Positions 11,693 through 24,009 of a stretch of 64,000 nt of DNA are shown one piece after another (position 1 is the stretch's first letter; each line of letters starts with the position of its first letter). Below the pieces are notes generated by a model. The model ran no database searches, had not been told where the DNA came from, and saw only the letters and a list, made by a program, of their open reading frames with translations. Location: assembly GCA_951406725.2 (NCBI GenBank), contig OX597816.1:167152001-167216000 (forward strand). The letters run 5' to 3'. The DNA comes from Octopus vulgaris (taxonomy: Eukaryota). The translations under genes and the position numbers were made by a program.

Positions 11693-12589
11693 TTGATTTT
11701 TAGCTTGGTCATTTCTGTAATAAATTATAAATCCCATTCTCTCTGTCTGTGTGTCTGTAAGTAAATGGTCAGCAGCAACATTACCTCCACACTCCATCCT
11801 GCTCCCTGCCCCTTCAAGAAACCTAGAAAGGTGCTGTAGCTTACTTATGGTCAGGTCCTCCTCATTTTCCTCCAGTATGACAGAATTTTAAATAATGGGA
11901 TCCTGTTAGTGTTAGTAGCCGCCATGCGCACACACGCACATACATACACACATTTACACAATATGCATGTATATATATACACATACTCACACTCACATAC
12001 ATACCATATAGATAGTATATGCATATATATATGTGTGTTTATTTTTTTGGTGTAGAAATTGATTGATTGAAACCAAAAGAAGATCTGAGGACAGCAGCTC
12101 TAACACAACCAGGCAGCAATGTCACGGATGGGCAGGAAGTGTGTGTGGGGGGGACTGGGTGTTTGTGTGTATGTATCTCCAACATTGGCACCAATTAGAT
12201 TGCCTTGTTAATTTCTTAGGCTTTCAAGAATTGCCGCCAAGAAATAAAACCAAGAATTTACATTACGAGTATGTTTTTTTTCTTTCACTGCATCCAAAAA
12301 TTCCAAAGGAAATTCACAGAGATCTCGAAGTTTTACATCTCTTAAAAAATATGTTTTTCTTTTTTTTCTTTCTTTCTTTTATATTTATAAATAAAATATT
12401 TGTCTTTGTGTTCAAATAGAGTTTGGATATTCAACATCATCATCATCATCATTCCCATTTTGATAAATTAATTATTCGCAGTCCGTCCAGTTTCGTGCCC
12501 CTTGTGTTGGCAGCTTCAGAAATTGGTGGAATGTTTTTTCAGAATGATTGAGCTTAGGCTCAAAGCAAAGACCAGCAACTGTAGCGTTG

Positions 12590-12717
12590 TCACCTTCGGC
12601 TGCTCGATACCGTGGAACTAAAGCTTTCTTTATTGCTCAACAAACTTTTCTCTCCAAGTAACTGCTTCGAACCAAATACAAATGGTAATGAAGGACTGCT
12701 CTTTGAGCGGCGAATAT
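12590..12717 (-). CDS. MPRIP: MPRIP/outspread-like, terminal coding exon (D)IRRSKSSPSLPFVFG...SSSRR*
   Basis: tttttctag acceptor, phase 1 matching the previous exon, TGA at 12592-12590. IRRSKSSP resembles the KSKSNP motif near the MPRIP C-terminus. Confidence 0.8.
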
Positions 12718-12919
12718 CTAGAAAAAAGAAAAGAAAAAAAATGAACCAACAATGTATTAATTAGCTACTAAATAAAAACAAAACTGGTCAAGTCTATTAT
12801 ATATCTATACACACACAAAAAAAAAACTTAATTTTGGACAGAGTTACCAAAGGTTTTGTAAGTCTGACAAGCTGTCTATAAGGATTTGGCTTTGTGGATA
12901 CAAAACCTTTAGTAACTAT

Positions 12920-13284
12920 ACTCTCTTTTACTGGTTTCTGTCATTTTGACTGCGGCCATGCTGGAGTACCACCTTTAGTTGTAAATTGACTCCAGGACTT
13001 ATTCTTTGTAAGCCTACTACTTATTGTATTGGTCTCTTTTGCCAAACTGCTAAGTTACAGGGATGTAAACACCAGCATCAGTTGTCAAGCAATGTTGAGG
13101 ACACACACATACATATACATGATGGGCTTCTTACAGTTTCAGTCTACCAAATCCATTCACAAGGCTTTGGTCGTCCCGAGGCTATAGTAGAAGATACATG
13201 CCCAAGATGCCACACAGTGGGACTGAACCCGGAACCATGTGGTTGGTAAGCAAGATACTTACCACACAGTCACTCCTACACCTA
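12920..13284 (-). mobile_element. CORE-type (OR2-like) SINE
   Basis: Same family as 48586-48997, inverted, with tRNA-like head and CORE-like segment. Confidence 0.85.
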
Positions 13285-13466
13285 TGTCCAAAATTAAAAT
13301 TTCCATTGTAATAATCACTGCTCTATTCTTTAGAGTATGCTTTTTTTCTGATATTTTATTAATTAACTATATATACATATAGATACAGTTTGTTTTTATC
13401 AAGTTAGAGATAAAAACAAACATACCTTTATACTGATATTGCAATACCTTGAATCTAAACACATAC

Positions 13467-13580
13467 CTTTGTACTGATATCGCCTCCCTTTGTGGCTGTC
13501 TCGGCTGATATGTTCCTCTTTCCTCTGGCTCGTATAATGACTAGGGCTTGGACTCCTGGCACGGTGGTGGAATGAAGGAA
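13467..13580 (-). CDS. MPRIP: MPRIP/outspread-like exon, 114 nt (V)PSFHHRARSPSPSHY...RYQYK
   Basis: ttgcag acceptor, G|gtatgt donor, phase 1-1, open frame. Confidence 0.8.
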
Positions 13581-13940
13581 CTGCAATGTTGAAATTATAG
13601 AAATTATTATTAAAGAAATGCCTCACCCGTTGCTGCAGCTGCATTCAACATCTTACAGGAAAAGTGACAAATGAGACAATTATTTTTAGCTGAATAGACT
13701 AGAATTATGTGAACTGGATGCCTTGTTCAAGACACGCTTGATTTATGGCAGATTATATGGCGTATAATTTCCCTAAATAAAAACACATGCTACAAGCTTC
13801 TTTCTTATTTTCCTGATCTGATAGAATCAGACTCCTCTTCCCCCAATTTAGGAGACCACCATTTATATTTCCCCAGTTCCTGTTGTGCTGTTAACTGTCT
13901 GGCAAAAGAGATAACTATCTATCTATAAAATCCCGTACAG

Positions 13941-14649
13941 CAGGGGGTGGGAAAACCCCCGCCCACGAGCCCATTTTATTGCATCCACAGGCTGGTATAC
14001 TTGTATGTACAAAATATAGTAAATTTTTCAATTATAAAATTTATGCAATATTTTATAAATAGGCGACCTATGTTGCCTATTTGCGACATAGGTCACGTTT
14101 CCACTACGACTTAAGACAGTTAGACTTGGACAGAAAATCCTCCGGTAACTACCATTTGAATGGAAATTGTTTTCACTATAAAATGCATATTGCTAGGTTT
14201 GTACCACCCCCTTGAGACCCAGCTACACTAGCTGAAAAATATAGAATACCTCATAAGTAATATAAACATCTTAAATTCACTGGCGACATTAATGAAGATG
14301 TTACGTATTAATTTAACGTCTTAAACTTATCTTTATTAATGTATCTTGAATTATACATAGATATGTATAAAATCATATATCTGTGGAAAATCATATTGTC
14401 AAATGAGCGTTAGGAAGGGCATCCAGCCGTAAAAACATTGCCAGATCAGACTGGGCCTGGTGCAGCCTTCTGGCTTCCCAGACCCCAGTTGCACCGTCCA
14501 ACCCATGCCAGCATGGAAAGCGGACGCTAAACGATGATGATGATGATATATACAAGATTTACACAGATATAAGAGAACTTGTGATCCACCTGTGGATCAT
14601 TTTTTTTGGAAATTTTTGTCTGCTGCACTAAAAAGTCTCCCCACCTCTG
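13941..14649. mobile_element. Non-autonomous hAT element with a SINE inserted at about 14408-14547
   Basis: Degenerate TIRs cagggggtggga and ccccacctctg. 8-bp TSD ccgtacag/ctgtacag. Confidence 0.7.
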
Positions 14650-14887
14650 CTGTACAGCATCTCAGAATATTAAAGATGTTCCCATTACAACTGGATCACC
14701 TTCCTTGGACCAACTACTAAATTTTTTGCAGTTAGAATGGTTCATAGTGTGCAGCAATTGTAACAATATATAACAAGGACATTAAATGATGATGACATAA
14801 GATTTTGAAAAATCTGTTAATCAGCCTGTAGACTATTTTCACTACTACTACACTTTAAACTAGTCTTTAGGTGCATATACATTCTAG

Positions 14888-15115
14888 TTTCTTATTTGTT
14901 CACTGCCCACAAGGGGCTACACGCAGAGAGGACAGACACACGGATTAAGTCGATTATATCGACCCTAGTGCGTAACTGGTACTTATTTAATCGACCCCGA
15001 AAGGATGAAAGGCAAAGTCGACCTTGGCAGAATTTGAACTCAGAGTGTAGCAGCAGATGAAATACGGCTATACATTTTGCCTGGTGTGCTAACATTTCTG
15101 CCAGCTCGCCACCTC
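14888..15115 (-). mobile_element. Nin/Deu-like SINE
   Basis: Inverted match to 8719-8954, with ttctag on both sides. Confidence 0.85.
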
Positions 15116-15397
15116 TTCTAGGGGGCTTCTAATTTCTACCAACCAAATCCACTCACAAGAATCAGTTTTGACCTTTAGAAAACCCTCAAGGTGCCTTGCT
15201 GTGGGATTGAACCTGAAACTACAGGAAGCAAGCTTCATAGAAACAAGCAGGAAACAAAGAAGCAAGACACAATTCTGTTGGATTCAGTCTGACTGAGGGA
15301 CAACAGGTTTCACACTTATGTCACGAACAAATCAAAAACAATTACAAATGTAGGAGTGTAAAAAAAAAAAATAAAAAGGAGAAAGGTTTTTTTTTAC

Positions 15398-15557
15398 CTC
15401 TTCGAACAGGTTGCTGTCGTCTTTGAAGGCTGCTTTGGTCAGGTTTGGCTTCTTCCATGGCCTTTTCTAATTTAGCTTTAAGGCATATGTTCTCATCTTG
15501 GACTACATTGTACAGTTTCTTACTTGTCAGATACTGTGATATCATCTGCTTGTGCTC
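15398..15557 (-). CDS. MPRIP: MPRIP/outspread-like exon, 160 nt EHKQMISQYL...QPVRR
   Basis: tgtag acceptor, G|gtaaaa donor, phase 0-1, coiled-coil composition. Confidence 0.88.
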
Positions 15558-15763
15558 CTACACATCAACGGGAAACAACAGTTGAAAATGTTACCAACTA
15601 AACACTTGTAAATCTCTTAGCATGACACAAAGAAATATCACAACTAGTTATAACTAAATGCTTGAATATCTACTGAAACTTTTGAAAGTCAATGTCATGT
15701 AAAGCTTTAAAGATACGTCTACCATAGATGTCCCCCTCTAATTTTTTGCTATGGGTCATTATC

Positions 15764-15985
15764 TATTTCTTTACTACCCACAAGGAGGTAAACACAGAGG
15801 GGACAAGCGGATTAAGTCGATTACATCGACTCCCAATGTGCAACTGGTACTTATTTAATCAACCCCGAAAGGATGAAAGGCAAAGTTGACCTCAGCGGAA
15901 TTTGAACTCAGAACGTAACGGCAGACGAAATACGGCTACGCATTTTGCCTGGCGTGCTAACGTTTCTGCCAGCTCACCGCCTTCA
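15764..15985 (-). mobile_element. Nin/Deu-like SINE with 16-bp TSD
   Basis: TSD gctatgggtcattatc at 15748-15763 and 15986-16001. Confidence 0.88.
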
Positions 15986-17335
15986 GCTATGGGTCATTAT
16001 CATCATTTAACAGTAATTTCCCATGCTGGTATGGGTTGGATGACTTGACAGGATCCAGCAAGCCACAGGGCATGCCAAGCTCCAGTGTCAACCTTGGCAT
16101 GGTTTCTGTGGCTGGATGCCCTTCCTAACACCAAACATTTCACAGTATGGACTGGGTGCTTGTTTCATGCCACTGGCAACAGTGTGGTTGCTAAGTAACT
16201 CACAGGCCAAAAAAGGGAAAAAGTGCTTATTTTAGTTTTCTTTGCAAAGTATGTGCATATCCACAAGACTAAACACCACTGTAATTTCTTCAGTTTAAAA
16301 ACAAAAATCCAGTTTCATCTCAAAACACATGCATAAGCACAAAGCTAGGAGAACACTACTGTACATTACTTGATCAAGTTGATACACACAGTCCCCACAC
16401 AGCTTGATAAATATCTCTCAATGTGTATTGTATAACAACCAACATTTGATGTTGCCAGGGGGTTTATAAACTGACTGTTGTGCTCCTTAGATAATTCTGT
16501 ATGTGAATTATTTTACGATTGCAGTTATGTTTACTATCCATCATTTCATCATTTGGATTCTGTTACTTACATTGATGTCATCAACATTTGCTAAAGCTAT
16601 CATTATTACCACTATGACTTTATCTAGTATCAGTCTTTGTTAAGAGTAATCGTCATCTAACCTCAGTCTTTCATTAAAACTACTCTTATTACGTCATCTA
16701 ATTAAAATATAGGTGAGTAACTGAATGGGTAAGAAGTTAGCTTCACAACCACAAGGACCCTAGCTTGATCCTGCTGTGTAACGGGAATTTTGTATAACAA
16801 CTTAACCCATAAAGTTTTGAGTGAAATTGAGATGGAAACTTTATAGAAGCCCATTGGGTCTATTCTATCTCTGATCCAAATAGTATAGATTTGTCACACA
16901 ATCAAACTACCATGTTGATTCTGTTCAAGAATTACATTAACCCTTTAGCTTTCAGGATAATCTGCCAAATGTAATGTTTATTTATTCACATCGTTTTGAA
17001 CTGATCATGTATTATCTCATAGCTTTGAGATTTCAATGATGTGATTGTTTATTTTAAGAATGACATTGTATGGTAGGTGTGACATGTTGGAATTGGCCAG
17101 TTTGATTATGAAAGAGGCAGAATATTTTGGACGGATATAGCCTGTTTAAAGGGTTTAAAAGGTGAAGGGTACACGTGTTTGGAGTACTCGGCCACTTAAC
17201 ACACTAAATTCAATGAGTAGAGAATTTTCTTGATACAACTGCATCTTCATTGTTGAAAGTGATGGAGAATCTGTCATCATACATTATATTTACCTTGTTA
17301 ATTAAATGAAATATAAAAGTGACATTTAAGCCTAC

Positions 17336-17422
17336 CTCTGTGATTCTCTGAAGTTTTACCTCCCCCGTTGTCACCTGAGACTTTAGTTTCTGGAGATCTG
17401 CATCTTTCATTCGGATCATTAT
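17336..17422 (-). CDS. MPRIP: MPRIP/outspread-like exon, 87 nt IMIRMKDADLQKLKSQV...ITE
   Basis: ttttag acceptor, GAG|gtaggc donor, phase 0-0. Resembles LLRVKESEIQYLKQEI of MPRIP/TRIOBP. Confidence 0.9.
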
Positions 17423-18011
17423 CTAAAATGAGAAATGAAAAATAACGATTATTTGATATTTGCAAAATTTACAAAAGGTCGTAGGCAGGCTGGAACTCAC
17501 GGCCTTTGTGTTTTATGTATGCAAGATGTGTAGCAAAATAGCTTCAATATATGAACAACACCTGTTCCTAGTCACACTCAACACACTGTCTGTGTGTATT
17601 TGATTCTCAAACCAATTTTGGAAAAAAGTAAATAATGGCCACCTCTTTGGATACTTTGGCATGCATCATCATTTCATATCTGCTTTCCATGCTGGCATGG
17701 GTTGGACGGGTTGACAGGAGCTGGCAAATCAGAAGACTGCAGCAAACCCTGCCTGTCTACTCTGGCAGGTTTTCTATGGTGGGATGCCCACTTTACAGAG
17801 TGTACTGGGTGCTTTTATGTGGTGCCAGTATGGCTACTTTTTACATGGAATAAAGTCATACTGGAATGGTTTGCATAATTTAGCAGGAGCTGGTGGAGCC
17901 AGAGGACTGTGCAATGCTCTCTCATCATCTGCTTTGACATAGGTGCTGACTGTACGTTCTTCATAACATCAATTCATGTTAAAATATACAATGTTGGTCC
18001 TCAGAAGAAAA

Positions 18012-18276
18012 ATAAAAATAATAAATGCACCCTTTTTAAAGCTTAGCCAGGCTCATGGGGCCCAGTTTCCTGGTTTCTATGGCATATGTGTTCCCCAGCT
18101 GGATGGGGCGCCAGTCCATTGCAGCGTTACTCATTTTTGCCAGCTGAGTGGACTGGAGCAATGTGAAATGAAGTGTTTTGCTCATGAACACCAATGCGTC
18201 GCCTGGTCCAGGAATCGAAACCACAATCTTACGATCATGATGCTGACACCCTAACCACTAAGCCATGCGCCTCCAC
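18012..18276 (-). mobile_element. V-domain-like SINE
   Basis: Same family as 7489-7741, with 13-bp TSD cctcagaagaaaa. Confidence 0.85.
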
Positions 18277-18521
18277 CCTCAGAAGAAAATATACTCAAAA
18301 TATCTTTTAATCATATACACCATTTTGAATAATTATTCAAGTTTTGTCAGTGAATAGGTCATGGTTGCAAAGCGAGAAAATATTTTGACACAAATTAAAC
18401 TTAAATGTTGAAGTGAAACTAACGGTTTTCGTGTCTTCTTAAATGGCTTACAAACATCTTCCACACTGTAGTTGGATAATTATTGTTGAATTATTAATGG
18501 GGAAAAAAGGTAGCCACGTAC

Positions 18522-18648
18522 CTGAGCCTCATATAGATCTTCTTCAAGAGAAGAACTTCCAGCAGGGAGACCCTTAGGACTTCGTTTCTTCATCAATTCT
18601 TTCAGTTCAGCAATTTCTCCACCCAGTAAGGATTCCAAATGTTTATTA
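18522..18648 (-). CDS. MPRIP: MPRIP/outspread-like exon, 127 nt (D)NKHLESLLGGEIAELK...DLYEAQ
   Basis: tttcag acceptor, CAG|gtacgt donor, phase 2-0. Resembles NQELNNRLAAEI...YELE of MPRIP. Confidence 0.9.
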
Positions 18649-18883
18649 CTGAAATGGGAAACAAAGAGGATATTTATTATGAGATCACATGACTGGAGAT
18701 ATAAGGGCTTTACATACATAATCCTAATCTGAGTTCACATAATATAGCTGGTACTTTGTTGTTTCGGTATTTGCATGTCACAGGCGGTCGTAGGTGACCT
18801 AGGGTTAAACAGCAACCCCAGCACCTTGGGGCTATGCTACAATCGATCTGGTAAAGGCATTTCACTAAGTCTCTGATGACAGT

Positions 18884-19388
18884 CTGTAAATCCTCGAGTA
18901 TAATCTGCACTTTTTTCCAAAAATTTAAAGGTCAAAATCCCTAGTGCGTACTATATACGAGGTTAAAAATGAAAGATATTTTCTAAGCAATGTCCGAGTC
19001 TCTATTTGCTGTCCGGCAATGTTTATTCAGACACATTTTGTGATGTCGGGCGCGAAAATACCTTAAGCTAAGCCTGAAAGCAATGAAGTCATAAAAGAAT
19101 CATCCATAACTTGCAGTAAGCAACATTTATTAAAATAAAAGTATTCAGAACACAGAATAACATGTAACAAAAACAATTTGCAAACATATTTACATTCCCA
19201 TATAACAGTTAAGAACATCACCATTATTGTATTATGCATGCACGGAAGTGTTTGTTCGACTAGGTGCTGCTGGTTTAATTACGCATGACTCAAGTTAGAG
19301 AAGGGGTGTATATTATACACAAGGTTTAGGTTTTTCAGAACTACAGCCACCTAAAAATCCCCTGCATGTTATACTCGAGGATTTACGA
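18884..19388. mobile_element. Tc1/mariner (pogo-like) non-autonomous element, about 505 bp
   Basis: TIRs gtaaatcctcgagtataa and ttatactcgaggatttac, with TA after the right end. Confidence 0.8.
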
Positions 19389-19497
19389 TATATGTTCTAC
19401 AAAATGGTGAAAACTGATGCTGGGTATTAAACGTCAACCATCTAAGAAAGAAAATACAAAAATACAAGACAAACAGGAATTCTATATAATGACTCAC

Positions 19498-19641
19498 TCA
19501 TTCAGAATTTTCTCAATCTGTTCATATTGGTCTTGCTTGGATTTGGTCAGGCGCTCATCTAACATTTTGTAATCTTCACATTTACTGACATAATGCAAAT
19601 TTAATGTTTTTAATTCTTCTTGAAGTCGACTGGCTTCAAAT
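19498..19641 (-). CDS. MPRIP: MPRIP/outspread-like exon, 144 nt (E)FEASRLQEELKTLNLHYVSKCEDY...KILN
   Basis: tttcaacag acceptor, GA|gtgagt donor, phase 2-2. Absent from the ORF track. ELKTLNLHYVSKCE matches the family ELEVLSEQYSQKCLE motif. Confidence 0.9.
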
Positions 19642-21353
19642 CTGTTGAAATAAATAAACGGATATTCCACATTTTATATAATCAGTTCAGAAAATTTCTC
19701 GTCAATAATAACAATATAAATAAATAACATCTTATTTATTGTATGGCTGGGAGGCAAATTGGTTGGAATACAAGATTATTACATTGTCACAGACGACCAT
19801 ATTTAAGAGAAAGATACTTTGATAAGGGACGCAACTCTTCTTGACTGAATGACTATCTGCTCGAGTTTGATGAGGCAAGCAGCGAAAAACCTTATTTGTC
19901 ATCTTTTATCTCTTGCTTGTTTCAGTCATTAGACTGCGGCCATGCTGAGGCACTGCCCTAAAGAATTTATAGTCCAATGAATTGACCCCAGTCCTTTCTT
20001 TTTTTTTTTAAACCTGGTACTTATTCTATCAGTCTATTTTGCCATCTACCAAATTCATTTATAAGGCTTTGGTTGGCCTGAGGCTAAAGTGGAAGGCTAT
20101 TGCCCAAGATGTCATGCATATATATATATACACTTTTCCATGCTTGCATGGATTAGACAATTTGTTGGGGAAAACTTTCTATGGTCAGATGCTCTTCCTG
20201 TCATCAACCCTTACTTGTTTCTTACAAAAATAGTATTTTCTCTTACACAGACATGTTATATCAGTTTTCAGTGAAGACTGGAAACGAACAACTTTGCCTG
20301 TATGGTGGTGATGCTCGTTTACAGCCATCACATGATGCCATAACAAAGAGAGAGACACACATCATAATGTCAACACACAAATGATGGGCTCTCAGTTTCT
20401 ATTTACCAAATCCCCAGAGAAGGCTCTGATCAGCCCAAAGCTTTCATATCAAAAGACACTTCCCCAAGGTGCCACACAGTGGGGGTTAAACCCTGCCCTA
20501 AATATATATCTTTTTGCAGTAATGGATTTCATCAACGAAAGTTCTTTACTTCACCCACTGCCACCACCACTGTGTTTTGTCAGTGATGAATAACTTTGTG
20601 ACCATGAGGTCCGTGGTTCGATCCCACTGCACAGCATCTTGGATCATCTTATGTGAGTGAAACTGTATACAATCCCGTGAGAGAGATTATACACTTGTAT
20701 AATCTGTCTTACAGGATTATACATTTGTCACACATTGTCATGATGATTCTACCAGAGAATTACATTAAAGGTTCACGTCTCCGGAATGCTTATATGCTAA
20801 TTCAATGAACAGGCAATGCAATTGATCGAACAATGGAATACTCATCGTCAAAGACGGAGATCCATCGCTTGGACGATAAATTACTATATGTAATTTGATT
20901 GACATAAAAATGATACAAGATGACTGTTGGCGAACGCATGACTTTGTTGAATGCACAATATTGCCTACTAAACAAGGGAGGTAACTCTGGGTAACTTTTT
21001 TTCCATTCTGTTAAAAAATGTGAAATGGCAAATTGCTAGCGTTCAGTTTGTTTTAATTAATCAAATATTAAGTTTAAATGAAACAGGCTATGAGGGTCAT
21101 TTTACTGAGAACTTACAATCTCACAACTAATATTCCTTCAAATTTTTTATAGTAATTTGCACTGTGCACTTAATTTTTGTCTTTCTTCACAAAAGTATAT
21201 GTGCATCCATGCTAATAGCCATTATTCACTGATTCCATCTTGGAAATCTATGAGCACTTTTTCCCCTTCTGCTCATAACTGTGATAGACTTATCCACTGA
21301 CAACAACTGACTCTAATGTTTTCACTGCGAGTGAAATAACAAACAAAACGTAC

Positions 21354-21474
21354 TCGTGACGGCTGCGTATTTCATTCACGTAGTCTTCTGTATACATAGT
21401 CTTCAGAGCTTCACGGAATTGGTTCTTCTCTCTGTCAAGGTCGTCATCATAAGCTTTACGCATTGATTCAAGAG
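21354..21474 (-). CDS. MPRIP: MPRIP/outspread-like exon, 121 nt (A)LESMRKAYDDDLDREK...IRSRH
   Basis: tttcag acceptor, GA|gtacgt donor, phase 1-2. Matches the family AIEAMKxAHxEExxRE motif. Confidence 0.92.
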
Positions 21475-22666
21475 CTGAAATAAACAAGGAATTTATTAAA
21501 TACTTTTGACAACTACCATCAGACTGTAATAATATCTCCACAAACCTGAGACTATAATTTTGCCAGCAGAACCATTAGCAAGCTCAATAAAATGCTGAGT
21601 AGTGTTTCAGCCATTGTCTTTATGTTCTGAGTTCAAATTCTGCCAAGGTCGACTTTGGCTTTCATCTTTTCAGGGTCGATGAAATAAGTTTTAGCTGAGC
21701 ACTGGGGAGAAGGGATCAATCTAATGGACTTGCCCCCTCCACTGAACATGCTGGCCTTGTGCCAAAATTTGAAATCATTATTTCACTACAAAATTTACCA
21801 ACAAAAACAATTTGACGATGATGATGTCAACACCATCACCATCATCACTGTAGTATAATGTTCACTTTTTCATGCTTGCATGGGTCAGACGGAATTTTTG
21901 TTAAGGTAGTTTTAGTTGGCCGATGCCAGTGCTGCCTGACTGGCACCTGTGCCAGTGACACGTAAAAGGCACCATTTGAGCATGACTGATGCCAGTGCCA
22001 CCTGACTGGCACCCATACTGGTGACATGTAAAAAGCACCTACTACACTCTCGGAGTGGCTGGTGTTAGGAAGGGCATCCAGCTGTAGAAACCATGCCAAA
22101 TCAGATTGGAGACTGGTGCAGCCTCCTGGCTTGTCAGTCCTCAGTCAAACTGTCCAATCCATACCAGCATGGAAAGCAGATGTTAAACAACAATGTAAAT
22201 TTTTCATGGCTGAATGCCCTTCCTGTCACCAACCTTCACTTATTTCCAAATAAAGTAATATTTCTCCATGGCTGGATATTTTTTCACAGGATATAGGAAA
22301 CAAACTACACTGCTTGTAGGATGGTGGCACTCATTTACAACCTGATGTGCTATCAAAACAAGCTCCACCCCAACCCCAATGGCTTCTTTCATTTTAAAAC
22401 AGGAAATTTATTTCGAAGAACAAAAGCAGTCTTTAAGGTGAGTTGGTATTGAAAAGGTTAAATATAATTAAATTATAACAGAAAATTTTGATTTATCCGA
22501 AAGCACGTGAAAACGTGACTTTGTTGTATCATGAAATTTTGGATGGTGTCAGGTGAATTGGAATAAAAAGTGTTGACATTGGTCAGTGGCATGATTGTCT
22601 TCCACCAACAGCACTATCGCTACGTAAAGGCTTAAAATAAAAACATAACTACAGCAACAAACTGAC

Positions 22667-22742
22667 CGGCTTTAATCTCTTTGTCTTCTTTCTCTCTGAT
22701 CTGTTGTTCGTCTTCTGTAGGGTTTGCTACCTGCTGGTCTAC
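22667..22742 (-). CDS. MPRIP: MPRIP/outspread-like exon, 76 nt VDQQVANPTEDEQQIREKEDKEIKA
   Basis: atttag acceptor, G|gtcagt donor. Phase 0-1 is exactly what is needed to join the flanking exons. Confidence 0.85.
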
Positions 22743-23496
22743 CTAAATATCAAATGAACAAAAAAGGATTTAACATTACATAAGGAATAAAGAAGAAAAA
22801 ACTCAGGTACACACTCTGCATAAGAACCAAACAGTAAAGTTAATGTCATTAACGTTAATGCAATTTATGTAATTAATGTTGGTCACCAAGTTACTTAATT
22901 TTAATGAAAAACCTCACTGAGGAGAAATAATCATTAACTATCTCAGTGGTTTTCAAATTAAATTACATTTCAAAATGTGAAAAATACTAAGTGAAATTTT
23001 AAATATGAAATCTTGCTCTACCGCACACCAGAGCTCTGAATACAGTACGCTCATCATTATTATTATCATTATGATTGCAGGCAAACTAATGGAGAGAATC
23101 ACAAAAAAATATTCAGGAGAATAACAATAATGGGTCTCTCTCTCAACTGCTGTATTCGTTCACCCTAATCACTACTTTCCTCATCTCTTTCACCAGTTTG
23201 TCTGCATAAGGGTAAACTCTTCATCCGAAGAATAAATATCATCAATGATTTCCTCAACTGTGAAGAGTTTAGGCCTTACTTGTTTACCAAACAAAATGCT
23301 GGGTTCGTTACATGCTCACTTCATTGCAAAAAAAAAACCCAGCAAAAAATTGATTAAAAACAAAAGTAGGCAAAAGCTATGGGGAAACATCATTAACAAT
23401 GAATCAAACACAGCTGACTGCAAAACTGTAATGTGGATCAGTTGTCTATTTTGAGTGTTTTATCTTCTTTTTCTGTGTGTGTTGTCCATTACCACT

Positions 23497-23723
23497 TTAA
23501 CCCTTTAGTGTTCAGGTTATTCAATCAAACATAATGCCTATTGATTCCCATTGATTTGAATTAATCATGCATTATTTCATATCTTCAAGATCTTGATAGT
23601 GTAATTACTTAATGTAGAATAACATTGTAGGGTAGGTGTGAGAGCCTGGATCTGGTCAGTTTGAGCATAAAACAGACTAGCTATTTTGGTCGGATATGGC
23701 CAGTTTAAATACTAAAGGGTTAA
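23497..23723. mobile_element. piggyBac-like MITE family A
   Basis: TTAA-CCCTTTAG...CTAAAGGG-TTAA, a near-identical inverted copy of 6381-6607. Confidence 0.8.
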
Positions 23724-23883
23724 TGGGAATCTGGTAGAGATTACATTGAGGCTCTTCTCACTACACCAGTAACATGGCATGATAGGATTAAATGAAACAT
23801 AGCAGAGTTATTTTAATTGAATAAGGGTTTGATGAAGAGGCATGAAAAATAATGAGCAGTAGGAGGGGATGTGTTGTAATTAC

Positions 23884-24009
23884 CTGGGTTGCTGGAGGAG
23901 TGGTGACATCTTCATTAGCATGTTCAAAATTACCAAGAATTGTGAAACTGACATCGGCTTCATTTATGACACCGTCTATCTTGTCTTCAGGAATCACTAC
24001 TTCAGTATT
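23884..24009 (-). CDS. MPRIP: MPRIP/outspread-like exon, 126 nt NTEVVIPEDK...PPATQ
   Basis: tctcttgtag acceptor, CAG|gtaatt donor, phase 0-0, open acidic frame. Confidence 0.75.

Noticed and set aside
12560-12592. Stop-codon readthrough at TGA CAA
   Set aside because: The context is not CARYYA or CUAG, and the extension is only 9 codons.
23190-23290. Minus-strand peptide RPKLFTVEEIIDDIYSSDEE as a host exon
   Set aside because: No frame-compatible splice pair and stops on both sides. It may be a decayed piggyBac transposase N-terminus, but the evidence is too thin.
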